Assembly: GCA_030615505.1 (NCBI GenBank)
Contig: JAUWZD010000007.1
Location: 4,702-68,701, forward strand
DNA length: 64,000 nucleotides
Direction of reading: 5' to 3'
Origin: Spirochaetales bacterium
GTDB taxonomy: Bacteria; Spirochaetota; Spirochaetia; SZUA-6; DRHE01
Position 1 is the first letter of the stretch. Each line of letters begins with the position of its first letter. Of the stretch, positions 28,980 through 37,290 are shown one piece after another. The position numbers and the translations under genes are program-made. The notes under the pieces are model-generated. The model was not told the DNA's origin. It did not search any database and worked only from the letters and a program-made list of their open reading frames with translations.

Positions 28980-30547
28980 TCCCTATTCATCTTATTGTAG
29001 GAGAAAGAAAGCTTCAGAGATTATCCCTTCCCTACGTTCGAACTTCTTTCATTCTGCTGGCGATAGCTATATCTTTTTTGCTTGACTCCTATCTTTTGGA
29101 GAGAAAGAGAGATGTCCAGGTGGAAAAGCTCTCTCTGATTGTAAAAATGACAGGAGAGAAGTTCAACAGACAAAAAACTCCTTTTCCTGCCTACCTATCT
29201 CAAAGCAAAGAAAAAAGGATATATGTCCTGGATTCCGATGATTATGCTCCCCGGATAAGGGGATTTGCTGGCCCAATAAACCTTCTTATCGGAGTAGATG
29301 CAAAGGGAGAAATCCAAGAAATAAGAGCATCCCCACATAGGGAGACTCCTTCTTATGTCTTAGGTATGGATAATTTTTTGTCTAAATTTAAAAGTCTTCG
29401 GTTAGGGCAAAAATTTTTTCTCACCACAAAGCGAGACTCACATCAGCAAATCCCTCAAACGGGTGCTTTCGGCGGAAATATAGATGCCATGAGTGGAGCA
29501 ACAATTACCTCTCAAGCATTGATAGACATTGTAAATGAAACGGGCAGCAAGCTTAGAGAAATAGAAGCGTTTGGATTATCGAAGGAGAGCTTAGAGCAAA
29601 AGGATGTGGCCTCTTTAGCTATTGATGTCCCTTCTTTAGTCCTTATCTTCTTCACTGTATCAGCAATTGTACTTTATCTGTTCTTCTCTGATAAAGTAAT
29701 GCTGAGGAGGGTATATCTTTTCCTTTCAGTGATTTTTTTAGGATTTTTTTATAACTCTACTTTTTCTGTTTTTCATCTAAGCAAGCTTTTCACTTTCAAT
29801 TTACCGTCCTTTACATTGCTATCGATTATTCTTATATATCTTATTCCTTTAACCTTAGCTATATTGTTTGGGCCAGTATGGTGCGGCTGGATATGTCCTT
29901 TTGGAGCGCTTCAAGAGCTGTTAGGGAGTTCCAGATTATCTTTTAAGGTATCTAAAAAACTCGATAAAAAGGCGAGGTACTTTAAGTTTGCATTCCTGGC
30001 ATTCTTTATCGTAGTTATATCTCTCGAGAGAGAAGCATCTTTTTTCAAGCAGGAACCTCTCTCTATGTTTTTCCTTAATCCTACTAGGATTTCTTTTGAT
30101 AAACTTTTGTGCATTGTCATAATAATATTATCAATTTTTTTCTTAAGATTCTGGTGCAGGTATTTCTGCATCTGCAGGGCATTACTTTCTTTCTTTAATA
30201 AGATTTCTCCTCTTAAAAGGCTTTTCTCTAAAAACTACAAAAATTACCCCTTTGGCATTGAGGGTCCCCATGATTTAGATTGTATTCACTGTAATCTGTG
30301 TCTGTATGCCATAAGAAAGGATATGAGGAAAGATAGCTACTTTAAGATCGCCTTCTTTTTTACCATTCTGCTAATGATAATAATATTTTTTTCTAATATA
30401 AAAATACAGAAGCCAACTTCATATCGTACAGAAGCAGGAGAGAGGATTCTTTTTGAAAGAATAGATAAAGAGAGAATAGAAAGGCTCATCGAAGAGGATA
30501 AGCTTTCCAATAAGGAAGCCATGTTCTATGAGGTTATAGAGGAGTAA
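28943..30547 (+). CDS. NosR/NirI-like membrane protein: FMN-binding domain plus polytopic TM region with CxxxCP and ferredoxin-like Cys motifs
   Basis: GGNIDAMSGATITSQALIDIV (FMN_bind motif), PVWCGWICPFGALQE (NapH/NosR-type CX3CP), CIHCNLCLYAI, about 8 hydrophobic helices. AT-rich. Confidence 0.55.
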   Translation: MLYFISAFFMEVIPIHLIVGERKLQRLSLPYVRTSFILLAIAISFLLDSYLLERKRDVQVEKLSLIVKMTGEKFNRQKTPFPAYLSQSKEKRIYVLDSDDYAPRIRGFAGPINLLIGVDAKGEIQEIRASPHRETPSYVLGMDNFLSKFKSLRLGQKFFLTTKRDSHQQIPQTGAFGGNIDAMSGATITSQALIDIVNETGSKLREIEAFGLSKESLEQKDVASLAIDVPSLVLIFFTVSAIVLYLFFSDKVMLRRVYLFLSVIFLGFFYNSTFSVFHLSKLFTFNLPSFTLLSIILIYLIPLTLAILFGPVWCGWICPFGALQELLGSSRLSFKVSKKLDKKARYFKFAFLAFFIVVISLEREASFFKQEPLSMFFLNPTRISFDKLLCIVIIILSIFFLRFWCRYFCICRALLSFFNKISPLKRLFSKNYKNYPFGIEGPHDLDCIHCNLCLYAIRKDMRKDSYFKIAFFFTILLMIIIFFSNIKIQKPTSYRTEAGERILFERIDKERIERLIEEDKLSNKEAMFYEVIEE

Positions 30548-30666
30548 ATTACGTTTATTTTCCAAACGGCCGCGCTCATCCTGCACCTTAAGACCAGCCT
30601 TGAAAGGTCAAGATTGTGAAATACGGGACTCTCCCCCACTAAGATATTCGTACCAGGAAAAAAATA

Positions 30667-30984
30667 TCAAAAAGGTTCTAAAAATAACAACATCTTGCCT
30701 CCGCAGACATCTCCATTCCGAGTGCCTAGATCGTCTGTAAGATCTACTTCTATTAGTTCGGTGGTTTTAGTAGTGATAATACAGCGAAGTGCGGCAGTCC
30801 GGACATTGTCCTCTCCACATCCCCCTCCTACGGATCCATACAAAGTACCATCGACACAGACAATCATCTTAGCTCCTTGCTCCCGTGGAGTGGAACCGAT
30901 GGTTTCAACGATGGTAGCAAGACAAACAGCTACTCCGCGATTTCGAAGCTCTGCAAGTTTGCGAAAGATTTCTTGATCGGTCAT
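30667..30984 (-). CDS. XdhC/CoxI N-terminal-domain-only protein (105 aa)
   Basis: VCLATIVETIGSTPREQGAKMIVCVDGTLYGSVGGGCGEDNV...DVCGGKMLLFLEPF. 4-bp overlap with the upstream xdhC. Confidence 0.7.
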   Translation of the reverse strand: MTDQEIFRKLAELRNRGVAVCLATIVETIGSTPREQGAKMIVCVDGTLYGSVGGGCGEDNVRTAALRCIITTKTTELIEVDLTDDLGTRNGDVCGGKMLLFLEPF

Positions 30985-31748
30985 TTGCTACCTCCAACCG
31001 CTGTTCTCAAAGCTAGCACTCCTGCCGAACCCTTCCTGCGTATGCAAACAAGCTCAGCCACGATGGAGATGGCAATCTCAGCAGGCGATTCGGCCCCGAT
31101 TGGAAGCCCAATCGGAGTAAAGACTTCTTTCAGACGATCTTGAGGTATACCCTCTTGAGCTAATATGTCTAAAACAAAGCGAATCCTTCGGCGGCTTCCG
31201 ATAAGTCCAACGTAAGCAGTTTCATTGCGCAATATCTCAACAAGACACTCTATGTCATGCTCATGGCCACGCGTTATCACGACAACATAGGTGGATGGGC
31301 TGAGGGGCATATCACGCAAGGCTTCTGTGAAGTCCTCCGCAATCACCTTACAATCAGGAAAGAGAGACGTGTGAGCAAACTCAGATCGATCATCGAGCAC
31401 AGTAACACTAAATCCAACTTGGCGGGCAAAGCGCGTTAGGTGTAAGGCTATATGACCTGCGCCGCATACCAGAAGCTTCGCATCAGCTGAAAGAACATCG
31501 ATAAAGACTCTTACTCCGTGAGCAATTTCAACAATGCGTTTCTTCTTCTCTTTGAGAGCCTCCAGAGCCGGATCACACAAAGTCATTCTCAACTGCTTCG
31601 ACTCAATTTCTCCCTCCATCGATCCATCCCTCAATATAATCACTTTCCGACCAGATGGGACATCCGAGCGGTGAGAGGCTACGATAGTGGCAAGACAAAA
31701 AGTTTCCCCTTTTTCCAGAAGTTCATTAACTCTATCAATAAGCTCCAT
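30981..31748 (-). CDS. xdhC: XdhC family protein (molybdenum-cofactor insertion/sulfuration accessory; XdhC_CoxI plus Rossmann XdhC_C)
   Basis: FCLATIVASHRSDVPSGRKVIIL...KLLVCGAGHIALHLTRFARQVGFSVTVLDDR...ITRGHEHD. Confidence 0.8.
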   Translation of the reverse strand: MELIDRVNELLEKGETFCLATIVASHRSDVPSGRKVIILRDGSMEGEIESKQLRMTLCDPALEALKEKKKRIVEIAHGVRVFIDVLSADAKLLVCGAGHIALHLTRFARQVGFSVTVLDDRSEFAHTSLFPDCKVIAEDFTEALRDMPLSPSTYVVVITRGHEHDIECLVEILRNETAYVGLIGSRRRIRFVLDILAQEGIPQDRLKEVFTPIGLPIGAESPAEIAISIVAELVCIRRKGSAGVLALRTAVGGSK

Positions 31749-31866
31749 AAGTACTTCAATAATAAATCAATAATTGGTGAGGAGAAAGTAATCTGCAAGG
31801 CATTAAAGGCGGTTTTACAAGGCGAAAAACCCACCTATCCGCTGAATCAGGTTTGATAAGGTATGG

Positions 31867-32916
31867 TCAGCCCTTAAAGCTTATCCCTCTGCCCTCTTTG
31901 ACCTCGCCAATGATCCAGCAGGGATGTCCCCGCCGCTCGAATAATTCGAACAGCCGATCCAGCTTATTAGGCCTTACGGAAGAGAGTAGCCCCCCCGATG
32001 TTTCCGGGGTAAAAAGCATCAACTGCTCTTTTTTGCCTATGGAGGCTTCAAAACGAACCTTCCCGACGTAACAGTTCCTGTTACGGAACGTACCGCCTGG
32101 AAACAGATTCTTTTCTGCATACTCCCGGGCACCCTCCAAAAAGGGAATCTTTTGCATAAATAAAGAGAGCTGCACATTACTATTATCAGCCATCTCCAGG
32201 CCGTGGCCCATCAGGGAAAACCCGCTAACATCCGTACAGGCCTGCACACCGACTTCCTGAAAGATGCGGGCGGCCTGGCGGTTCAGTTTTTTCATACTGG
32301 CAACTGAAGCGGAGATCTCCGGCTCACTGGCGATTTCCATTTTTAAAGCCGTAGTGGTAATACCAGTGCCCAGAGGCTTGGTGAGAACCATCAGATCCCC
32401 CGGACGGGCATTCGCCTTCTTCAGGATCCGATGCGGATTTGCCAGACCTGTAACGGCCAATCCGTATTTAAGCTCCTTATCTATTAGCGTGTGTCCCCCG
32501 GCCAGGACGCCTCCGGCTTCAGCCACCTTATCAGCACCACCGCGCAGGATATTTTCCATGGTCTCTGAGGACAGATCTTCGGGAAAGCAGCAGACATTCA
32601 GGGCCAGGGTAACCTCACCGCCCATGGCATAGACATCGCTTAGAGAATTGGCAGCCGCGATTGCGCCGAAGTCGTATGGATCGTTTACAATGGGCGGGAA
32701 AAAGTCTATGGTCTGGATCAGTGCACACTCTTCACTGATCTTATACACCGCCGCATCATCGCTGACCGCCAGTCCTACTAAAAGATTGGGGTATTGATCC
32801 GGATTAAAATAACTCTTTAAAAGGCGCAGGACCTGCGCCAGGGTCTCAGGACCCATCTTGGCCGCTCACCCAGCCGCAGAAGATAAAGCTGTAAGCGGAA
32901 TAGTTCGCTCAGCCAA
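31867..32916 (-). CDS. selD: Selenophosphate synthetase SelD, selenoprotein form: TTG start at 32916, in-frame UGA (Sec) at 32868..32866
   Basis: The ORF track starts at ATG 32856, but in-frame upstream translation gives (L/M)AERTIPLTALSSAAG-U-AAKMGPETLAQVLRLL. This matches the SelD N-terminal motif (E. coli ...[25 protein letters not shown]) with TGA at the catalytic Cys/Sec position. GGAGG RBS 6 nt upstream of the TTG. Downstream DAAVY...DFFPPIVNDPYDFGAIAAANSLSDVYAMGG is the AIR-synthase-like fold. Confidence 0.8.
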
Positions 32917-33196
32917 CTGCTTACCTCCAATCCCTTTATTAATCCATGGTGATTCTTTCACAAACTTGTTCCAATTTCAAGCAGGTGCGTTCCCAAGGTA
33001 AATCAGATAGTTGTTTTTGGTTTGATTCGTTTTCGACAGGTAGCCTATTACTATGCCCAGAATTAGGGCAGCTTCAAGAATTTCCCTCAGCATAATTATG
33101 TAACTGGACAGCACAATTTTTCTCCTGTAGTCTGATCAGGTTATAGGTAGCATCCCGCGCATGAGTCCTCCATATGGCTCCGCGGCTCTTCTCAGC

Positions 33197-33532
33197 TTAC
33201 CTATCACGAGGATCATTCAGTTTGCAACAGTCAAGCTTTTTGCCTCCAAACTGCTTCCTGTTATTCTCGGCCATTCGGCCAAGAAAGCGCTCAAGAGGAC
33301 TCTTTTTCTTCTCAACAGCAGCAGTAATACAGCAGCCTGAATCGATAATCTCTTCTTTGATGCAATCGATAGACAGAATCCGCCGGCAGTATTCGATCCT
33401 GATGCCGCTTTCCTGGAGGGCGACGTTATTCACACCCTCCATTTTCATCAACCTTTCATAGAAAGCGGAAGCCGCCTCCTGTGATGGACGATCTTCTAAA
33501 GGAATCACAGATACTGATAAGTACTCTTCCAT
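33197..33532 (-). CDS. Hypothetical Cys-rich small protein (GCC and DCC motifs), next to copZ
   Basis: 111-aa ORF with SGCCITAA and LDCCKLNDP; no recognisable family. Confidence 0.35.
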   Translation of the reverse strand: MEEYLSVSVIPLEDRPSQEAASAFYERLMKMEGVNNVALQESGIRIEYCRRILSIDCIKEEIIDSGCCITAAVEKKKSPLERFLGRMAENNRKQFGGKKLDCCKLNDPRDR

Positions 33533-33603
33533 AAATATCTCCTCTTTTCGGGTAGGCGAAGAGGAAGTAGAGGTGTGAGCTCCCTCTGCGCAGTGAATCA
33601 GAT

Positions 33604-33813
33604 TCAGGAGACTCGATAGCCCTGAGCCTCTATGGTTTCTTTGATCTGGGGTAACCCGACCTGGCTCTCATCGTAGCGAACGGCAACCGATTTTCCTTCC
33701 AGGTCTACCTCGACGTTCGTAACTCCCTGTAAGGCATCCACTGCCTTTTCCACCGTCATCTTGCAGTGGTTGCAGGTCATGCCTTCCACTGTAAGCTTGT
33801 TTTCTATAGCCAT
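33604..33813 (-). CDS. copZ: Heavy-metal-associated (HMA) domain copper chaperone CopZ-like
   Basis: LTVEGMTCNHCKMTVEKAV, the GMTCxxC motif in a 69-aa protein. Confidence 0.85.
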   Translation of the reverse strand: MAIENKLTVEGMTCNHCKMTVEKAVDALQGVTNVEVDLEGKSVAVRYDESQVGLPQIKETIEAQGYRVS

Positions 33814-33840
33814 CTTTTTCTCCTTCTTTTGGTTTGACGT

Positions 33841-34074
33841 TTAATTTCCTTTAGCTATAAATCGTTTCAGACTCAGTGAGTTTGAAACCACCGATACAGA
33901 GCTGAACGACATGGCAGCTCCTGCAATGATCGGGCTCAGCAATCCTACCGCGGCAACTGAAATGCCCACGGCGTTGTAGAAGAATGCCCAGAAGAGGTTC
34001 TGCCGGATCTTGGTCATGATCTTTCGTGAAAGCTGTAAAACTGCCCCTATCGTACGCAGATCACCTTTCATCAA
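33841..34074 (-). pseudogene. C-terminal fragment (~77 aa) of a heavy-metal P-type ATPase (CopA-like); the rest of the gene is absent
   Basis: [49 protein letters not shown] matches the last two TM helices of CopA-type ATPases. The upstream gene is unrelated (a kinase 23 bp away). Confidence 0.7.
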
Positions 34075-34096
34075 AGTGACATCGGCAGACGGGTAT

Positions 34097-35797
34097 CTAC
34101 ATGTTCTTTATCTCTCTGAATTTGATTCGGAATTCTGTCCCTTCATCTCTGTTTAGCTCTATCTTACCCTCAAGCTGTTCCTCTGCTAAACCGGTGACCA
34201 GTTTTAAACCTAATGATTCAATATCTCTGAAGTCCAAATCTTCTGGTATTCCAACACCGTTATCGCTGACCATCAGTTCAATCTCATTTTCATCAGTTGA
34301 GTTAAGGGATATCTTGATCTTACCTCTTCTGCCTTCGGAAAAGGCATGTTTCAGAGAATTGGAAACCAGCTCACTGATGATAAGTCCAAGCGGAATGGCA
34401 TTATCAATTCCTAAGTAAACATTTCCCAGATCCATTTCTAGTGAAATTCTGCCTGCTCTTCCTACATAAGTCCTGAATAAGTCATTTGCAAGATTCTTGA
34501 TATAATCACAGAAATTAATGCACGAAAGGTCTTTGGACTGGTAAAGTTTCTCGTGGATAAGTGCCATCGATTTTATACGGTTCTGGCTTTCTTTGAACAT
34601 CTCAATATACCTTTTATCCTTGATATGTCTGGACTGAAGCTTAAGCAGGCTTGTTATAACCTGCATATTGTTCTTGACCCTGTGGTGGATTTCCCTCAGA
34701 AGCACCTCTTTCTCTCTGAGAGATGCCTTGATTTGCTCTTCAGCCTTCTTACGTTCGGTAATGTCACGACTTATTCCTATCAATCCCCTGATGTTTTCCT
34801 GGTCGTCAAGGATGGGACATTTGATGGTTTCTAAGCAAAGCCTCTCGCCCTTATCGTCAGTCATTTGCTCTTCGATACGGATTGGCTTGCGCCTTTTGAT
34901 GACTTCTTCATCGCTCTTTCGACACAGCTCGGCCATTTCTGGAGGGAGGAATTGTTCATCGTTTTTTCCGAGGATCTTTTCTCTCTCCAAACCCACCAGT
35001 TTCTCAAGTGCTTTGTTCACCACAATATTGCGGCCCTGCGCATCCTTAAAATATACAGCATCAGGAATAGTCTCGATTAACGTATTAAGCTTTGTGTTTG
35101 CCTCCCGCAGCGCTTTTTCCGCCTGCTTGTGCTCAGTGATTTCTTGTTCAAGTTGTTCATTGGTCCTTTCTAATTCGATTGTGCGCTGCTCTACCTTCTC
35201 CTCAAGGTGGTCACGGTATTTCCTCAATTCCTCCTCTGCTTTTTTCCGCTCGGTGATTTCTCCATGCAACTGTTCATTTGTTTCTTTAAGCTTTTTAGTT
35301 CGGGAAGATACTAAACGTTTGAGCATCCAAATCCATAAGAGAAAAGCCACGGCTCCCAACAGGACCATAAGCAGTCCAATTACAAGCAATCGCTGTATCT
35401 CTTTTGCTCTTATTTGTTTTCTTTTGATAGGGACAAATATGAACTTATCTAGATCCAAATCCCCTTCAACTATCCCGCTCTGTTTAAGAAAAGTGTGCAT
35501 GCGTCGCCAGCGATCAGGGTTAGTATGACCTACAGGCACTATTGGATAAAGAATCAGCTTGCGAACTCTTTCATCCTGAAAATGATTGAAAGATTTAAAG
35601 TCATCCACGGCAATGATACGTGGTAGCTCGCGAGCAATTCTATATGCAATTGACTCAGGATTTTCTAGTGCATACATCCAGCCATTTAGGCTGGCCTGGA
35701 TGAATCTTTGAACCAGATCCGGATTCCGGTCAACCAGACGTTGGTGGGTGAACAGTGAATCTCCATAGAAATCGACTCCATAGGTCGATGGCAGCAA
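34097..35797 (-). CDS. Sensor histidine kinase, HisKA_2 type, with PAS domains and coiled-coils; N-terminal periplasmic binding-protein-like domain appears 5'-truncated
   Basis: [20 protein letters not shown] (HisKA_2 H-box), GLGLKLV (ATPase), two PAS-like regions. The ORF begins mid-way through an SsuA/NMT1-like binding domain with no signal peptide and no upstream coding. Confidence 0.7.
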   Translation of the reverse strand: MLPSTYGVDFYGDSLFTHQRLVDRNPDLVQRFIQASLNGWMYALENPESIAYRIARELPRIIAVDDFKSFNHFQDERVRKLILYPIVPVGHTNPDRWRRMHTFLKQSGIVEGDLDLDKFIFVPIKRKQIRAKEIQRLLVIGLLMVLLGAVAFLLWIWMLKRLVSSRTKKLKETNEQLHGEITERKKAEEELRKYRDHLEEKVEQRTIELERTNEQLEQEITEHKQAEKALREANTKLNTLIETIPDAVYFKDAQGRNIVVNKALEKLVGLEREKILGKNDEQFLPPEMAELCRKSDEEVIKRRKPIRIEEQMTDDKGERLCLETIKCPILDDQENIRGLIGISRDITERKKAEEQIKASLREKEVLLREIHHRVKNNMQVITSLLKLQSRHIKDKRYIEMFKESQNRIKSMALIHEKLYQSKDLSCINFCDYIKNLANDLFRTYVGRAGRISLEMDLGNVYLGIDNAIPLGLIISELVSNSLKHAFSEGRRGKIKISLNSTDENEIELMVSDNGVGIPEDLDFRDIESLGLKLVTGLAEEQLEGKIELNRDEGTEFRIKFREIKNM

Positions 35798-36399
35798 ACT
35801 CTTTAATTGATAGGAAAAATTATAATTTGAGAAAGGAGAAAAATCAAAAAAAACGGAGTAATTTTCGCAAAAACTGACGAGATTCTCTTAAAAATCGCAT
35901 CTTATAGAGAAAAGCCAGGTATAGGATGTTTTGCAATCCGATTTTTAGCCATTAAGCCATTAGATTAGCATAATCATGCCTATCTGTCGATTCTTTAAAG
36001 AAATTGAGAACGTATATTACCCCTGGAAGATTGTAAGAGAAAATAAAAAGACAGTTTCACTTAATTCCATTCAGAGAGGCTGGATCAGGTCCGGGAGGGG
36101 TATGATGAGTTTTTACAAGATGCCTAAGGATTTTTTTCACCTCATCAGGATCGGTAATGACAGCTATTATCTTCATGGGAGATGCACATTTTTGGTAGTG
36201 CGGTCCATAATACTATACCTGCCGATTCACATACCTCACATAGAAAATCTTAAAACCACTAAAACAGGGTCGGCAGATCACCGTAAGTTCTTATTCGTAA
36301 ACGAAGTCTCCAGACTACACGCCTGCTTGTTCGCACTAGAACGACTTCCAGTTCTCCTGATTTAACCTTTTGCAAAACGGTCTACCGGCTTAACCCTGG

Positions 36400-37080
36400 G
36401 GCTGCAGTCGCTCTCTTATACGGCAGCCAACCCTCACCAACATCAACCGGTTTTAGCTTCTCGATATCCTGTTCAGTGATCACGATATGCCACGGAGCTC
36501 CATCCGTCAACTGTGAACCGCGCAGTAAGCTGGCTTCTACCCATCGAATGACTGTACTTCGATAGACTCCAAACAGCTCTGCTGCTTTCGAGCCAACACT
36601 CTCAGCCGCTTTCCGGCCAGGGGGTGCGGTGGGTATGTAATGTAGATTTCCGATAGCAGATCATCATCGGCATAAGTAGTCTGCAACGCAGTACGGACAG
36701 ATAAAGGGGTGAACTTCAAAGATCTAAAAACAAAAACTGGATTGTCTATGCGAAGCGTCCTTTTGCCGGTCCCGAACAAGTACTGGAATATCTGGGCCGC
36801 TATACCCATAGAGTGGCTATCTTCAATCACCGGATCAAGTCGATCAAGGATGGGAAAGGTGTGGTTAAGAATCCCAAGCATCGGGCCTTATTGATGACCG
36901 TTTATGGTACTGGTTTACGAGTAAGCGAAGTTGTCCGATTAAAGCCCTGTCATATCGAAAGTGATCGAATGTCGATTCGCGTGGAACTGTCGCAACCGCC
37001 ATTGTCCTAAGTGTCAGACCCTGGTCAAAGAGAGGTGGCTACAGGAACGTAAAGATGAACTCATACCTGTTGGTTATTTC
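36400..37080 (+). pseudogene. Remnant of an IS91-family element: degenerate tyrosine-recombinase-like ORF fragments plus the N-terminus of an IS91-type transposase, cut off at 37080
   Basis: Frames give KHRALLMTVYGTGLRVSEVVRLKPCHIESDRMSIRVE (integrase-like), then CPKCQTLVKERWLQERKDELIPVGYFQF (IS91 transposase N-terminal zinc motif). The element ends abruptly at the tatC repeat. Confidence 0.5.
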
Positions 37081-37086
37081 CAATTT

Positions 37087-37290
37087 TAAAAAGGGACTGC
37101 CCAGAGCAAAGGGATTATCTTTTCTGCCGCTTAAGGCATCCAAGGGACCGCGTATGATATCCAGGATCAAGATATTATAACATAAATAACTGACAATCAT
37201 TCCAACCACGACAGCCACAAGGCAGAATATTATCCTCATCCTCAACTCACCGAGGTGCTCAAGTAATGATTTTTTTTCGTCTTTCAAAAC
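37087..37290. repeat. Direct repeat copy B (~205 bp): duplicated tatC 5' end encoding an 82-aa truncated TatC N-terminus (ORF 37039..37287, TTG start), abutting the selB stop
   Basis: About 94% identical to 26221..26425. Encodes MKDEKKSLLEHLGELRMRIIFCLVAVVVGMIVSYLCYNILILDIIRGPLDALSGRKDNPFALGSPFL versus TatC MIDEEKSLLEHLGELRMRIIFCLVAVVIGMIVSYLCYDILILDIIRGPLDALSGKKDNPFALGSPFL. Confidence 0.85.

Noticed and set aside
35976-36365. 129-aa plus-strand ORF between the truncated kinase and the IS91 remnant
   Set aside because: No recognisable motifs and an AT-rich, low-complexity region. It might be a degraded fragment, but there is no support for a functional gene.
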